DNA of 64,000 nucleotides. Origin: Candidatus Bathyarchaeota archaeon (lineage in GTDB: Archaea > Thermoproteota > Bathyarchaeia > Hecatellales > Hecatellaceae). Under the pieces are notes generated by a model. It did no database searches, was not told the origin of the DNA, and saw only the letters and a list, made by a program, of their open reading frames with translations. The stretch lies in assembly GCA_052246995.1 (NCBI GenBank), contig JBQPWD010000003.1, forward strand, positions 96,001 to 160,000, in the 5' to 3' direction. The position numbers and the translations under genes were made by a program. Positions 18,639-28,768 of this stretch are shown here, one piece after another. Within the stretch, counting starts at the first letter, position 1. Each line of letters begins with the position of its first letter.

Positions 18639-19301
18639 CTACTTGAAAAAGTTTAAAACCGACCCCTTCATTCTAAGATACTCTTCACCAATTTCTTCAA
18701 TAATTTTATCAAGATTTTCAGCAGCTTCTTTTGAAACTTTGGGGCCTATCCTTACTGCAAGAAACTCATCACCAAATGGATTTTTATCTAAAATTTTGAA
18801 ACCTGCTCTTCTTACTAAAGAAATAAGCATCCTCTTATATGGCTCTCTTTCCTCTGGTTTGCTGATATCCCAATTTTCAACGGTTCCTCTAGCCAAGACA
18901 ATCTTATCATCAAAAAAACTATCTTTTGATGCAAAATCTACTAACCTTTTTGCTACACCATTTTCTCTCCATTTTTTGCTAACTTCTATTGCAGCATCAT
19001 AAACATAGGAGTAGGTAAAAACTCTTCTACCAATAGAAATTTTAAACTCTTCAACAACGATAAAGCCAACTATAACATTTTCACTTGTATATGCAACTGC
19101 AACGTAGCTTCCATCTTCAACTCTTTTTATAAGCTCTTCCTTCTCCTTTTCGGGGGAATTAAAGTATGTTGTAATACCTTCATCAATCTTCATAGATTTA
19201 AGCCAGTTTGCAGAGGCGCATCTTCCTATGAAGATTTGCGGTTGAGAAGCTTTACTGTATACAGCGGGTTCTGTTGTTAAAGCCTCTCTTACCGCTTCCA
19301 A
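18639..19301 (-). CDS. GNAT-family acetyltransferase (AcuA-like)
   Basis: AIEVSKKWRENGVAKRL (motif A), ENWD, YKRML..AGF, VRIG, as in AcuA-type proteins. Confidence 0.7.
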   Translation of the reverse strand: MEAVREALTTEPAVYSKASQPQIFIGRCASANWLKSMKIDEGITTYFNSPEKEKEELIKRVEDGSYVAVAYTSENVIVGFIVVEEFKISIGRRVFTYSYVYDAAIEVSKKWRENGVAKRLVDFASKDSFFDDKIVLARGTVENWDISKPEEREPYKRMLISLVRRAGFKILDKNPFGDEFLAVRIGPKVSKEAAENLDKIIEEIGEEYLRMKGSVLNFFK

Positions 19302-19394
19302 TGTCCCCCTAGGAAATTGTGAAGAACATACGATATATACTTTGTCTTTAAAGATATAGGAGTAAAATAAACAAATATATAAAATTTATAGCTT

Positions 19395-20756
19395 TTAACT
19401 TTCCGATGAAACTTTACTTAAAATTTTATCCAACCTTCCAACCTCAAAAGAGATTTTTAAAGCTGGATTCTTCAAAACTTCAAAAAGAAGGTTGATTTTC
19501 TTTTCAACCTTAACTTTTAAATCCTCAGGAAGATTCCACTCCTCCCTACTAACCCTTGTTGAAGGTTTATAGAGCTCAAGCTCAACCTTAACGATTCGAG
19601 GATAGGTTAATGTGGGAATTGGAGGCTTAACCTCCCTGCCAACAAGTTTTTCAAAAAAACGTATCCTAGCTTTTTCCCAAGGTTTTTCTAAGCTTAAATT
19701 TTTAATGCTATATTCTTCCCTTGAAACTTTAATAACAAGTTCTGGACATGCTTTTTCACATGCACCACAAAAAATGCAGAAATCTTCAACAACATCGATC
19801 TTCTTACCTGTCTTAGGAATGTAGATAACATTTAGGGGGCAAATGTTAAAACAATTTTTACAGCCAACAGGGTCGCATTTTTCAATGTTAACAAAGTTAA
19901 CCTTACCTTTAAATGGTTTTTTAACGTTTATAGCTTCGACAGGGCAAACAGATGCACATAAACCACATTTAACACATTTTTCATCATCCACACTTATTTC
20001 TCCCTCAATTTTTGGTTCAACAATTTTTCTTGGTGAAGAATATTCACATTCAACCCTCAAAGCCTCAGAAGGACAAATTTTTTCACACAAGCCACAATAA
20101 TCACATTTATCTTCATCAATTTTTAAACCTACAGCAGGTTTAAAGTTGGGTGGTTTGGCTTCAACCCAAAAAATCTTTATAGCATCACAAAGCATTTCAC
20201 ATAAGCCACAATAGCAGCATTTATCTTCGTAAAAAGTTATTTTACCTTTAGCTTCAACATTACTTGTTTCATACTTTACAAGTATATCCTTTTTTGGAAC
20301 TTTAACATTAACATCTATAGCCTTTCTTTGGCAAACCTTACTACAAAGGAGACACGGGAGACACTTTTCCTTGTTAAGATTATATTCACCATCAATTTTA
20401 GAGTATTCATCTTCAACCTTTAACCCATTAATACTCATCTTAAAAGAGTTAAAAATGCAAACAGAAACACATAAACCGCAAAAAGTACATTTTTCTCCTT
20501 CAACATTTACTAACGGTGCTTCTTCCAACCTTCCAGCAGCAACTTCAACAACAGGTCCAAGAGTTATAGCATCCCAAGGACAAATTAAACATAAACTGCA
20601 ACCAGTACATTTTCCAACTTCATAATCTAAAACTTTTTTTAGTAAACTGGTTTTCCAGCTATATCTTAAGGTTGAATTTATAATGCTAAACTCTACTATA
20701 GGTTTTTCTTTAAGTTTTTCACTCAAATTGTATATACCCTCCATTAAATCTTGCAA
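19395..20756 (-). CDS. Polyferredoxin (FwdF/MvhB-like)
   Basis: About 8 CxxCxxCxxxCP-type motifs; true start uncertain. Confidence 0.85.
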   Translation of the reverse strand: MQDLMEGIYNLSEKLKEKPIVEFSIINSTLRYSWKTSLLKKVLDYEVGKCTGCSLCLICPWDAITLGPVVEVAAGRLEEAPLVNVEGEKCTFCGLCVSVCIFNSFKMSINGLKVEDEYSKIDGEYNLNKEKCLPCLLCSKVCQRKAIDVNVKVPKKDILVKYETSNVEAKGKITFYEDKCCYCGLCEMLCDAIKIFWVEAKPPNFKPAVGLKIDEDKCDYCGLCEKICPSEALRVECEYSSPRKIVEPKIEGEISVDDEKCVKCGLCASVCPVEAINVKKPFKGKVNFVNIEKCDPVGCKNCFNICPLNVIYIPKTGKKIDVVEDFCIFCGACEKACPELVIKVSREEYSIKNLSLEKPWEKARIRFFEKLVGREVKPPIPTLTYPRIVKVELELYKPSTRVSREEWNLPEDLKVKVEKKINLLFEVLKNPALKISFEVGRLDKILSKVSSES

Positions 20757-23124
20757 CCTCTAAAAGTTCAGCACCAGTAGGCCCCATCTTTTCAACCCTC
20801 TCAACAAAGCCTGTTATTATTTTAGCTAGCTTTTCACCTTCACCTGCAGACGCACTTGCAATTTGAAGTCTTTCAGGGTTTAAACCTGATGCTTTTAAGA
20901 CTTCCCTAAGCTTTTTAACTCTTTCAGCAGCTTTTTTAAAACCTGTTCTGTAGTGGCAATCGTTTTCATAACAACCAATAATTAAAACACCATCTGCACC
21001 AAGCCTAAATGCCTCTAAAATGTGAAAGATGCTTACTCTAGCTGTACATGGAACTTGAATTATTCTAATGTTTGTTGGATAAGGAATTCGGCTTATTCCA
21101 GCCATGTCTGCAGCAGCATAACCACACCATTTGCAGAGAAAACCAACTATAACAGGTTTTTCTCTTTTATGCTTTAATAAAGCTTCAATCATATTGTGTA
21201 TTTGCTTATCAGTTACAGGTGGGAGGGTTATAGCCTCAACAGGGCAAACAGATGCACATGCACCACAACCCATACATGCAACTTCATTAACAATAATTTT
21301 CTTATCAACCCTGCTTAAGGCGGCATAGTCGCAAGTTTTAACGCAAAGTCCACAACCAGTACATTTCTCAGCGTCTACTATTGGAGATTCAACTTCAAAC
21401 TCTAACTCCTTGGATGAGAGGAGGGAAATGGCTCTTAAGGCTGACAAACCTGCATGAGCAACAGACTGGGTTATATCCTTTGGGCCTTGGACTGTTCCAG
21501 CAATAAAAATTCCCCTTGTAAATGTGTCAGCAGGTCTAAGTTTTGGATGTTCCTCCAAGAAAAATCCATTTTCGTCTAGTGGTATTCTTAAAACCCTTGA
21601 AAGCTCGTAGTTGTCGTTGTTTGCATCGATTCCAACACTTAAAACCACCAAGTCATAATCTTCAAATTTTGCTTCACACGTTAAAGTATCCTCAAAAAAA
21701 ACTCTAAGCTTATCTTTAACCTTAACAACCCTGCCAACCCTACCTCTAATAAACCTTACGCCTGCACTTTGAGTTTTAAGATATGCCTCCTCATGACCTT
21801 TGCCTGAAGCTCTAACATCCGTGTAAAAAACTGTTACATCAATTTCCGGGTGAAGAATTTTAATCTCCATAGCTTGCTTCATAGCATACATACAGCAAAC
21901 ATTACTACAATATATTTTTCCAAGTTTTTGGGACCTGCTTCCAACGCATTGAATAAAGCATATTTTTTTAGGTTTACTACCATCTGATGGACGTAAAAGT
22001 CGACCTTTAGTTGGACCTGTAGGGTTAACAAGTCTTTCAATTTCAGCACCAGTTACTACATCAAGATATCTACCGTAACCATATTGTTCAACTTTTTTAG
22101 GGTCTATGAGCTGAAAACCTGTTGCAACAATTATTGCGCCAACTTTTTCTTCAATCACGTTGTCTTTATCTTCAAAGTTTATTGCTTCTTTATCGCAAAC
22201 TCCGTTACATGCTCTACATCCAACACAATTTTCAACATCAATGTATGGCGCTACTGGAACAGCTTCAGGAAAAGGTTTAACTATGGCTTTCCTTTTTCCC
22301 AGTCCATACTCATACTCGTTTACAACCTCAACCGGACAAACTTCTAAACACTTATCACAACCACTACACTTAGACTCGTCAACGTATCTTGCTTTCCTTA
22401 AAAGTTTAACTTGATAGCTTCCAGCAGCACCTTTAACATCTAAAAGGCTGCATAACGTGTAAACTTTAACGTTTGGATGGTTGTATACCTCAGACATTAA
22501 AGGTCCAAGGATACAGATACTGCAATCCAACGTTGGAAAAACCTTATCCCACTTAGCCATATGCCCACCAAGAAAACCTGTTTTCTCGGCGAGAATAACC
22601 TTTAAACCTGAGTTTGCAAGGTTTAAAGCTGCAGTTATCCCCGCAACACCGCCACCCAAAACTAAAACTTTACGTTCAACAGGAACCTTAATTTTTTTAA
22701 CCTCAACAGCGTTTTTAACGGAAAATATTGCCATTTCAATAAGATCTAAAGCTTTAGTTGTAGCTTTCTCAACATCCTGCCAGTGAACCCAGCTGCACTG
22801 TTCCCTTATGTTTGCAATTTGCAGAAAACCTCTGTTTATACCCGCCTCCTCAACAACTTTTTTAAAAAGTTCCCCATGAAGCCTTGGCGTACATGTTGCT
22901 ACAACAACTCTATTTAATTTTTCGTTTTTAATTACATCCTTAATTTTTTGAAGTCCTGTATCGCTGCATAGATGTATTTCCTCAACCGCTACAACACCTT
23001 CAACATTTGAAAAGTAGTCTATAAGCTTTTTAACATCAACAAATCCTGCAATGTTTGTTCCACAATGACAAATAAAAACACCTATTCTTTTTTCGTCACT
23101 GCTTTTAAGGTTTCTCTCTCTCAC
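20719..23124 (-). CDS. hdrA: Heterodisulfide reductase subunit A fused to a C-terminal MvhD domain
   Basis: RIGVFICHCGTNIAG, NIREQCSWVH, GGGVAG, FIQCVGSR, CSNVCC, GPKDI; C-terminal FLCKWCGYAAAD..VPCTAR..GADGV..DCHY (MvhD). Confidence 0.93.
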   Translation of the reverse strand: MRERNLKSSDEKRIGVFICHCGTNIAGFVDVKKLIDYFSNVEGVVAVEEIHLCSDTGLQKIKDVIKNEKLNRVVVATCTPRLHGELFKKVVEEAGINRGFLQIANIREQCSWVHWQDVEKATTKALDLIEMAIFSVKNAVEVKKIKVPVERKVLVLGGGVAGITAALNLANSGLKVILAEKTGFLGGHMAKWDKVFPTLDCSICILGPLMSEVYNHPNVKVYTLCSLLDVKGAAGSYQVKLLRKARYVDESKCSGCDKCLEVCPVEVVNEYEYGLGKRKAIVKPFPEAVPVAPYIDVENCVGCRACNGVCDKEAINFEDKDNVIEEKVGAIIVATGFQLIDPKKVEQYGYGRYLDVVTGAEIERLVNPTGPTKGRLLRPSDGSKPKKICFIQCVGSRSQKLGKIYCSNVCCMYAMKQAMEIKILHPEIDVTVFYTDVRASGKGHEEAYLKTQSAGVRFIRGRVGRVVKVKDKLRVFFEDTLTCEAKFEDYDLVVLSVGIDANNDNYELSRVLRIPLDENGFFLEEHPKLRPADTFTRGIFIAGTVQGPKDITQSVAHAGLSALRAISLLSSKELEFEVESPIVDAEKCTGCGLCVKTCDYAALSRVDKKIIVNEVACMGCGACASVCPVEAITLPPVTDKQIHNMIEALLKHKREKPVIVGFLCKWCGYAAADMAGISRIPYPTNIRIIQVPCTARVSIFHILEAFRLGADGVLIIGCYENDCHYRTGFKKAAERVKKLREVLKASGLNPERLQIASASAGEGEKLAKIITGFVERVEKMGPTGAELLEVARFNGGYIQFE

Positions 23125-23214
23125 GAAGTTCTCTCCACCAGTTTTTCATGTTTCAGCTTTAAATTTTAATTGAGATACTTGAATATATTTAAGTAGTTTT
23201 AAAAGTAAGAAAAG

Positions 23215-23706
23215 TTGGGAAGCGTGTCAAGGGAAATGGGTGAAGTTAGAAAAATTACACCTCTTATGGTTTACAGATATCTTCCAGGTGTAAACTGTAA
23301 AAAGTGTGGTTACTCTACATGCATGATGTTTGCATCAAAACTTTTATTAAAGGAGGCAAAAATTGAGGATTGCCCTATACTTTTTGACCAGAAGTATAAG
23401 GAAAAGCTTGAAGGTTTAAGGAATCTTTTAAAACCTTTACTTGAAACTTATGAAACAGGGTTAAAGCTTGATGAAGAAAAATGTACTGGATGTGGTAATT
23501 GTGTTGTTGTATGTCCAGTTAACATCATGATAGACCCTCAAATTGCTAAAGGTTTTGGAACTATGAGCAATGAGGTTATTATGAGGGTTGAAAATGGTAA
23601 ACTCAAAATAATAAACCTTAAAAAATGTAGAAGATTTCCACCAAGCAGGCTTGATTGTAGAGTTTGTGAAGAATTTTGTTATACTGAAGCTATCAAAGTT
23701 TACTAG
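23215..23706 (+). CDS. Fe-S protein: putative Fe-S domain fused to an FwdG-like ferredoxin
   Basis: LPGVNCKKCGYSTC..CP, then CTGCGNCVVVCPVN..DP..G.G...VIMRVENG, resembling FwdG. Confidence 0.7.
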   Translation: MGSVSREMGEVRKITPLMVYRYLPGVNCKKCGYSTCMMFASKLLLKEAKIEDCPILFDQKYKEKLEGLRNLLKPLLETYETGLKLDEEKCTGCGNCVVVCPVNIMIDPQIAKGFGTMSNEVIMRVENGKLKIINLKKCRRFPPSRLDCRVCEEFCYTEAIKVY

Positions 23707-23956
23707 TTAATCGTGATAAATATTTTTTATATCGTAAATACTAAAATAATAACATAAATACTAGGAATTGTTTTCGTGTTTGTTTCCGCAATTCAAGAAG
23801 TTTGGAAGCCCAAGTCAATCCTTTTAGAAAGGACAACAGCGGATATCTCCCTGATAGACAGTTAAAGATTTTTTACACACTTTTTCCTCTATCCAGAGGA
23901 CGTGAGAAACCTCAAACTCCAATGTTACGTCAGACTTTTTTCTTCTAAGCATCTCT

Positions 23957-24601
23957 CTACTTTAAGGTTGTTTTTTGCCCTGTTGCAATGTAGATTATAG
24001 ATTTGCAGATGTAGGTTGCGTGGTCAGCTATTCTTTCAAGGTAGTTCATTATTAAAACACTGGAAATTACACACTTGGTTGTGGTGTCCGCTTTTTCAAC
24101 CAGTTTACCGAAGAAGTTGAAATATAATTTATCTACTTCTTTTTCTTTCTCAACTATTCTTTCAGCAAGATGCGGGTCGTAGATTTTAAGGGAGTCTATG
24201 CTTAGCTTAATCATGCTTAAGGCTTTATCTCCAACCTCTTTTATATGTGAGGTTATCCATTGGTTACAGTCTCTTATTCCTCCTACTCGTTTGTTTGTAT
24301 ACGATATGTTTAGGGCATATCTTCCGAAGCGGGCAAAATCATAAGCAATCTTCATGTAAGACTTTATTGTTCTAAGGTCTGAGGCTACTGGTTGAAATCT
24401 TGCAATAAGCTCAAAAGCTTTATCTTCTACGTTGTCTGCCATTGAAATTAGAGTATTTGACATTTCTCGAACTTGGTTGTAGATGTTTCTGCTTTCAAAG
24501 CATTCTAGCATGGTTGTTAAAACAGTTTGGTATGCTAATTCTCCCATTTTCTGGAGGATTGTTGAAAGTTCTTTAAGGCCAGAATCTATCATTCTCCCCA
24601 T
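23957..24601 (-). CDS. phoU: Phosphate uptake regulator PhoU
   Basis: IARFQPVASDLR, EKEVD, LERIADHATYI; follows pstB. Confidence 0.9.
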   Translation of the reverse strand: MGRMIDSGLKELSTILQKMGELAYQTVLTTMLECFESRNIYNQVREMSNTLISMADNVEDKAFELIARFQPVASDLRTIKSYMKIAYDFARFGRYALNISYTNKRVGGIRDCNQWITSHIKEVGDKALSMIKLSIDSLKIYDPHLAERIVEKEKEVDKLYFNFFGKLVEKADTTTKCVISSVLIMNYLERIADHATYICKSIIYIATGQKTTLK

Positions 24602-24615
24602 GACTTCCTCACCTT

Positions 24616-25374
24616 TTAACCAAACTCTCCGGTTATATATCTTTCTGTCAACTTGTGTTTGGGATTTTCAAAAACCTGTTTTGTTGGGCCATATTCCACT
24701 AGTTCACCAAGATAAATAAATGCTGTATAATCTGAAACTCTCGCTGCTTGTTGCATGTTATGGGTTACAATTACAATAGTGTAGTTTTCAGCCAGTTTTC
24801 TGATAAGAACTTCTATTTTCGCTGTTGCCATGGGATCAAGGGCTGAACATGGTTCATCCATCAATAGGACCTCCGGATTGACAGCTAGAGCGCGTGCTAT
24901 ACAAAGCCTTTGTTGCTGTCCACCAGAGAGGCTAGCTCCGGATTTATTTAAGTCATCTTTAACTTCATCCCAAAGGTTGGCGAGTTCTAAACTTCGCTTG
25001 ACTACTGCATTAATGGTTTTTTTGTCGCGGACTCCATTCAATTTTAAACCTGCTGCTACATTCTCATAGATGGACATCATTGGAAATGGATTTGGTTTTT
25101 GAAAAACCATACCAATTTTTTTCCTTATCGTAACAGGGTCAACACCGTTGCCGTAAATGTTTACACCATTAAATACCACTTTTCCAGAAACGCGGGCATC
25201 AGGGTTTGTTTCATGCATTCGATTAAGACAGCGGATAAGAGTTGTTTTGCCGCATCCGGAAGGTCCTATAACAGCTGTTACGGCATTTTCCTCAATTTTC
25301 ATGTTAATGTTTTTTAATACATGCTTTACACCAAACCACGCGTTTAAATCTTCTATAATAAACTTGGATGCCAT
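24616..25374 (-). CDS. pstB: Phosphate ABC transporter ATPase
   Basis: [38 protein letters not shown]; likely start ATG 25374 overlapping the pstA stop. Confidence 0.95.
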   Translation of the reverse strand: MASKFIIEDLNAWFGVKHVLKNINMKIEENAVTAVIGPSGCGKTTLIRCLNRMHETNPDARVSGKVVFNGVNIYGNGVDPVTIRKKIGMVFQKPNPFPMMSIYENVAAGLKLNGVRDKKTINAVVKRSLELANLWDEVKDDLNKSGASLSGGQQQRLCIARALAVNPEVLLMDEPCSALDPMATAKIEVLIRKLAENYTIVIVTHNMQQAARVSDYTAFIYLGELVEYGPTKQVFENPKHKLTERYITGEFG

Positions 25375-26213
25375 TAATACTTCTCCCTCGTAAATATTCT
25401 CACAACTATGCTTATTCCTAAAACGATGACTATAAGCACAAATGCAGACCCCCATGCAAGAGCTATCCAGTTTTCGAAGGGCGACGTGGCAAAAACAAAA
25501 ATGTTTAAGGCAAGGTTAGCAGCTGGCCTGTCTAATCCTGCAAACCACCATCTCCAATATCCCATTGTAACTAACACTGGAGCAGATTCTCCAGCTATCC
25601 GTGCAATGGAAAGAAGTATACCTGTAACTATTGCTTTTTTGGCACTGTTAACCACGATTGTGAGGATTGTTTTCCATCTTGGAATTCCAAGGGCAAGAGC
25701 TGCCTCACGGATGCTTAGAGGCACAATTTTTAACGCTTCCTCGGTTGCTCTAGTGACTATTGGAATCATTATGATAGCTAGTGCAAAGGCTGCAGCAATT
25801 ACTGAAAACCCAATCAAACAAACGATTAATGTATAGACAAAAACTCCAATGACTATGGATGGGATACCATTCAAAACGTCATCGAGGAACCTTACAATAG
25901 TAGACAGCTTATGCTCATTATATTCGCTTAAGAAGATGCCTGACATTAATCCTACTGGAATACCTATAAGAGAAGCCAAGCCAACAGTTATCAAAGTACC
26001 CTGTATTGCATTTGCTACACCACCATTCTCTTCACCAACTGTTGGAGTTGGTTTTGTAAAGAAATCGATACTGATTACTAGGCACCCTCTTAAAACTACT
26101 TCATATAGTATGCTAAATAATGGAATTAAAGCTATGATCAGGGCTAGATAAACAAAAAAACGCGCCATGTTGTCTTTGAATACTCTAAACTTATAGTAGT
26201 TTAATTTCTTCAT
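25374..26213 (-). CDS. pstA: Phosphate ABC transporter permease
   Basis: [25 protein letters not shown]. Confidence 0.93.
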   Translation of the reverse strand: MKKLNYYKFRVFKDNMARFFVYLALIIALIPLFSILYEVVLRGCLVISIDFFTKPTPTVGEENGGVANAIQGTLITVGLASLIGIPVGLMSGIFLSEYNEHKLSTIVRFLDDVLNGIPSIVIGVFVYTLIVCLIGFSVIAAAFALAIIMIPIVTRATEEALKIVPLSIREAALALGIPRWKTILTIVVNSAKKAIVTGILLSIARIAGESAPVLVTMGYWRWWFAGLDRPAANLALNIFVFATSPFENWIALAWGSAFVLIVIVLGISIVVRIFTREKY

Positions 26214-27202
26214 TCTTTTGCTATACCTCTAACTAGTTTAAGGGTTCGCCAAACAATTAGCCGCGCAAAAACATTAACTGCCAAGGTTACTAGTAACAAG
26301 ACTAACGCAACATTTATCAACGCGCTAACATGAAGGTCGTACACGGCTTCCAAAAGCTCGTTTGCAATTATTGCCGACATAGTATACCATGCATCAAAAA
26401 GCGAGGACGGCCAAACGTGAAACTTGTTTCCAATAACCATTGTTATTGCCATAGTTTCTCCAATAGCACGCCCCAGTCCCAGAATTACCGCGCCGATAAT
26501 CCCTGAGCGGGCATAGCTAATTACTATTCTAGTGGTTTCCCATTTTGTGGCGCCAAGGGCTATCATTGCCTCTCGTTGAGCGTTTGGTACTGCTGAAAAA
26601 AGGTCTCGCATTACAGCGGAAACTGTTGGAGTAATCATTATCGCTAAAACCATTCCGCCTGTAAGAAAACCACCCCCATAAATAGGTCCAGAAAACATTG
26701 GAATGAACCCGAAAAGTGTTTGTATATGTGAATAAACGTTTTCGCGTAAAAACGGTATCAGAACAAATATTCCCCAAAGCCCGTAGATAACGCTTGGGAC
26801 GGCGGCTAAAAGCTCCACTAGAAAAGAAACCACGAATCCGAATTTTCTAGGCATATACTCGGAAAGGGCTAAGCTTACTCCAAGGCTTATAGGTACACCT
26901 ATAAGAAGCGCTAAGGCTGAGGTAACAATCGTACCCAATATTAATGGTAACGTCCCAAAAACTTGGAATACAGGATCCCACTTAATGCCCAAAAGAAAGC
27001 TTATTCCAAAAGTTTGTATGGAAAGCCATGATCCTTTAACAAGCTCATAAACAATCATACTTAAAAGCACAAGGATGCTGGAGGCGAATAAGGCGCATAT
27101 AAGCTTAAAGAATTGGTCGCCTTTGAAATGGTTGTTTGAAATTGAAAACGATTTAAGCTTTAGATTGTGAAAAAAAGTATTTTTTAAAGAATGTTTCTTC
27201 AT
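26210..27202 (-). CDS. pstC: Phosphate ABC transporter permease
   Basis: VELLAAVPSVIYGLWG, LGLGRAIGETMA; start uncertain (27202 or 27229). Confidence 0.93.
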   Translation of the reverse strand: MKKHSLKNTFFHNLKLKSFSISNNHFKGDQFFKLICALFASSILVLLSMIVYELVKGSWLSIQTFGISFLLGIKWDPVFQVFGTLPLILGTIVTSALALLIGVPISLGVSLALSEYMPRKFGFVVSFLVELLAAVPSVIYGLWGIFVLIPFLRENVYSHIQTLFGFIPMFSGPIYGGGFLTGGMVLAIMITPTVSAVMRDLFSAVPNAQREAMIALGATKWETTRIVISYARSGIIGAVILGLGRAIGETMAITMVIGNKFHVWPSSLFDAWYTMSAIIANELLEAVYDLHVSALINVALVLLLVTLAVNVFARLIVWRTLKLVRGIAKE

Positions 27203-27206
27203 TTTA

Positions 27207-28325
27207 TCACTTGTGCAGTTGCTGTCCATTGTAGGTCATCAAGCGGATTGTTGCCTCATTATGTGTAATGATGCTTGACGGTAGTGGAACATAATATAAG
27301 TCGGGTGCATACTTTTGTCCATCATGTGTAGCCCACCATAGAAATTCTACTAGAGCCTTTGCAGTAGTCTCATCCATATTAGGCAGAACGTTTAACTCTT
27401 TGTATACTAGGATGTAAGAGAAACTCGTTATTGGGTAGGCGCCAATGGCCTTCGTGTTTTTGGATAAACTATCAACTATTGAAACTCTTGACCAGTCTGC
27501 ATCCCCCTTTGGTAGAGTGATTGCGGCATAATCTGCGGCTTTGGCAAATGAGGTAATGTTTGGTTCAACAAACTCGCCTGCAGCGTTTTGAACATACCCA
27601 TAGGTAAGGTTGTTCTTTTTTGCATAAGTAAACTCTACATATCCTATTGAGTACGGAGTTTGTTGGACGAGGGCGGCAACCCCGTCATTTCCCTTTGCTC
27701 CTAGACCCACAGGCCAGTTTACGGATGTACCTTTCCCAACGGTTACAGCCCACTCAGGGCTGATATTCGATAAGTAGCTAGTCCAGATAAATGTTGTTCC
27801 GCTTCCATCAGACCTGCGTATCACGATTATTTTCTGGTCTGGAAGGCTGATATCAGGATTTATTGCAACAATTTTCGGATCACTCCATTTTGTGATTTTT
27901 CCCAGATATATTTCTGCCAAAATTTCTCCCGTAAATTTTAGCCCTTTTGGTATGTCTGGGATGTTGTAGATTGGAACAACGCCGCCTATAGTAATCGGAA
28001 TGTGTAGAGTGTTTGGAGCTTTCGTAGCCTGAACTTCTGTGAGTGGTACATCACTGACTGCAAAATGCACAGTCTTCTCAATATGTTGCTGAATTCCGCC
28101 ACCGCTTCCTATTCCCTGGTAGTTAATTTGAATGTTAGGCTTAATTTTATGATACTCCGCAGCCCATTTATCAATTAGCGGAAATGGAAACGTCGCACCT
28201 ACACCATTCAACGTTAGTGTTTGCGTTGTTGATGTAAATTGGTAGACAAACGTGCAGGCTACAACTATTACAACCACCACTATCGGAATGGCAATTTTAT
28301 AGAGAGCTCTCATGGGGCTCACCAT
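27207..28325 (-). CDS. pstS: Phosphate ABC transporter substrate-binding protein
   Basis: N-terminal anchor, GATFP, GSGGG, RSDGSGTT, GAKGNDGV, AYPI. Confidence 0.95.
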   Translation of the reverse strand: MVSPMRALYKIAIPIVVVVIVVACTFVYQFTSTTQTLTLNGVGATFPFPLIDKWAAEYHKIKPNIQINYQGIGSGGGIQQHIEKTVHFAVSDVPLTEVQATKAPNTLHIPITIGGVVPIYNIPDIPKGLKFTGEILAEIYLGKITKWSDPKIVAINPDISLPDQKIIVIRRSDGSGTTFIWTSYLSNISPEWAVTVGKGTSVNWPVGLGAKGNDGVAALVQQTPYSIGYVEFTYAKKNNLTYGYVQNAAGEFVEPNITSFAKAADYAAITLPKGDADWSRVSIVDSLSKNTKAIGAYPITSFSYILVYKELNVLPNMDETTAKALVEFLWWATHDGQKYAPDLYYVPLPSSIITHNEATIRLMTYNGQQLHK

Positions 28326-28768
28326 TTCTTAATTTTAGAATATGGGAAAAAATTCTATATACCTTTTCCAAATAGAATATATATTTGAAAATTGACTATA
28401 TAGTTAACAAAGAAAACAATAAAGATTCAACCCCGAAAATCATTTACATTTTTTCTCACCAAAACTGGGGCTTTAAGAGGAATTATAATATGTCCTTTTT
28501 AAAGTGTACGAAGAAAAATTCAGTTTTCGGTTATAAGCGGAAGAAGGTTAACAACTTAATGTTTTAGTTAACAAGGGTTTAAATCAGTTTAAAACTAAGT
28601 TGAATTTTTCATGTTTTTGATGGCTTGTGATGGCTTATAACGACTTTAAGCTTAGTTTCCTCTGTAGTGGTTTATATGCTATTATTATCTTTTAGATAGA
28701 TGAGCACGTAAGAGTTTGGTAGTTATGAGTGTAGCCAACTATTAAAAAGTTTAAAAATATTTTAGATA

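Noticed and set aside
23770-23945. Possible gene remnant downstream of phoU
   Set aside because: All frames are short and no family was recognisable.
28385-28567. 60-aa ORF upstream of pstS
   Set aside because: Lies in an AT-rich promoter region, with no SD or motif.
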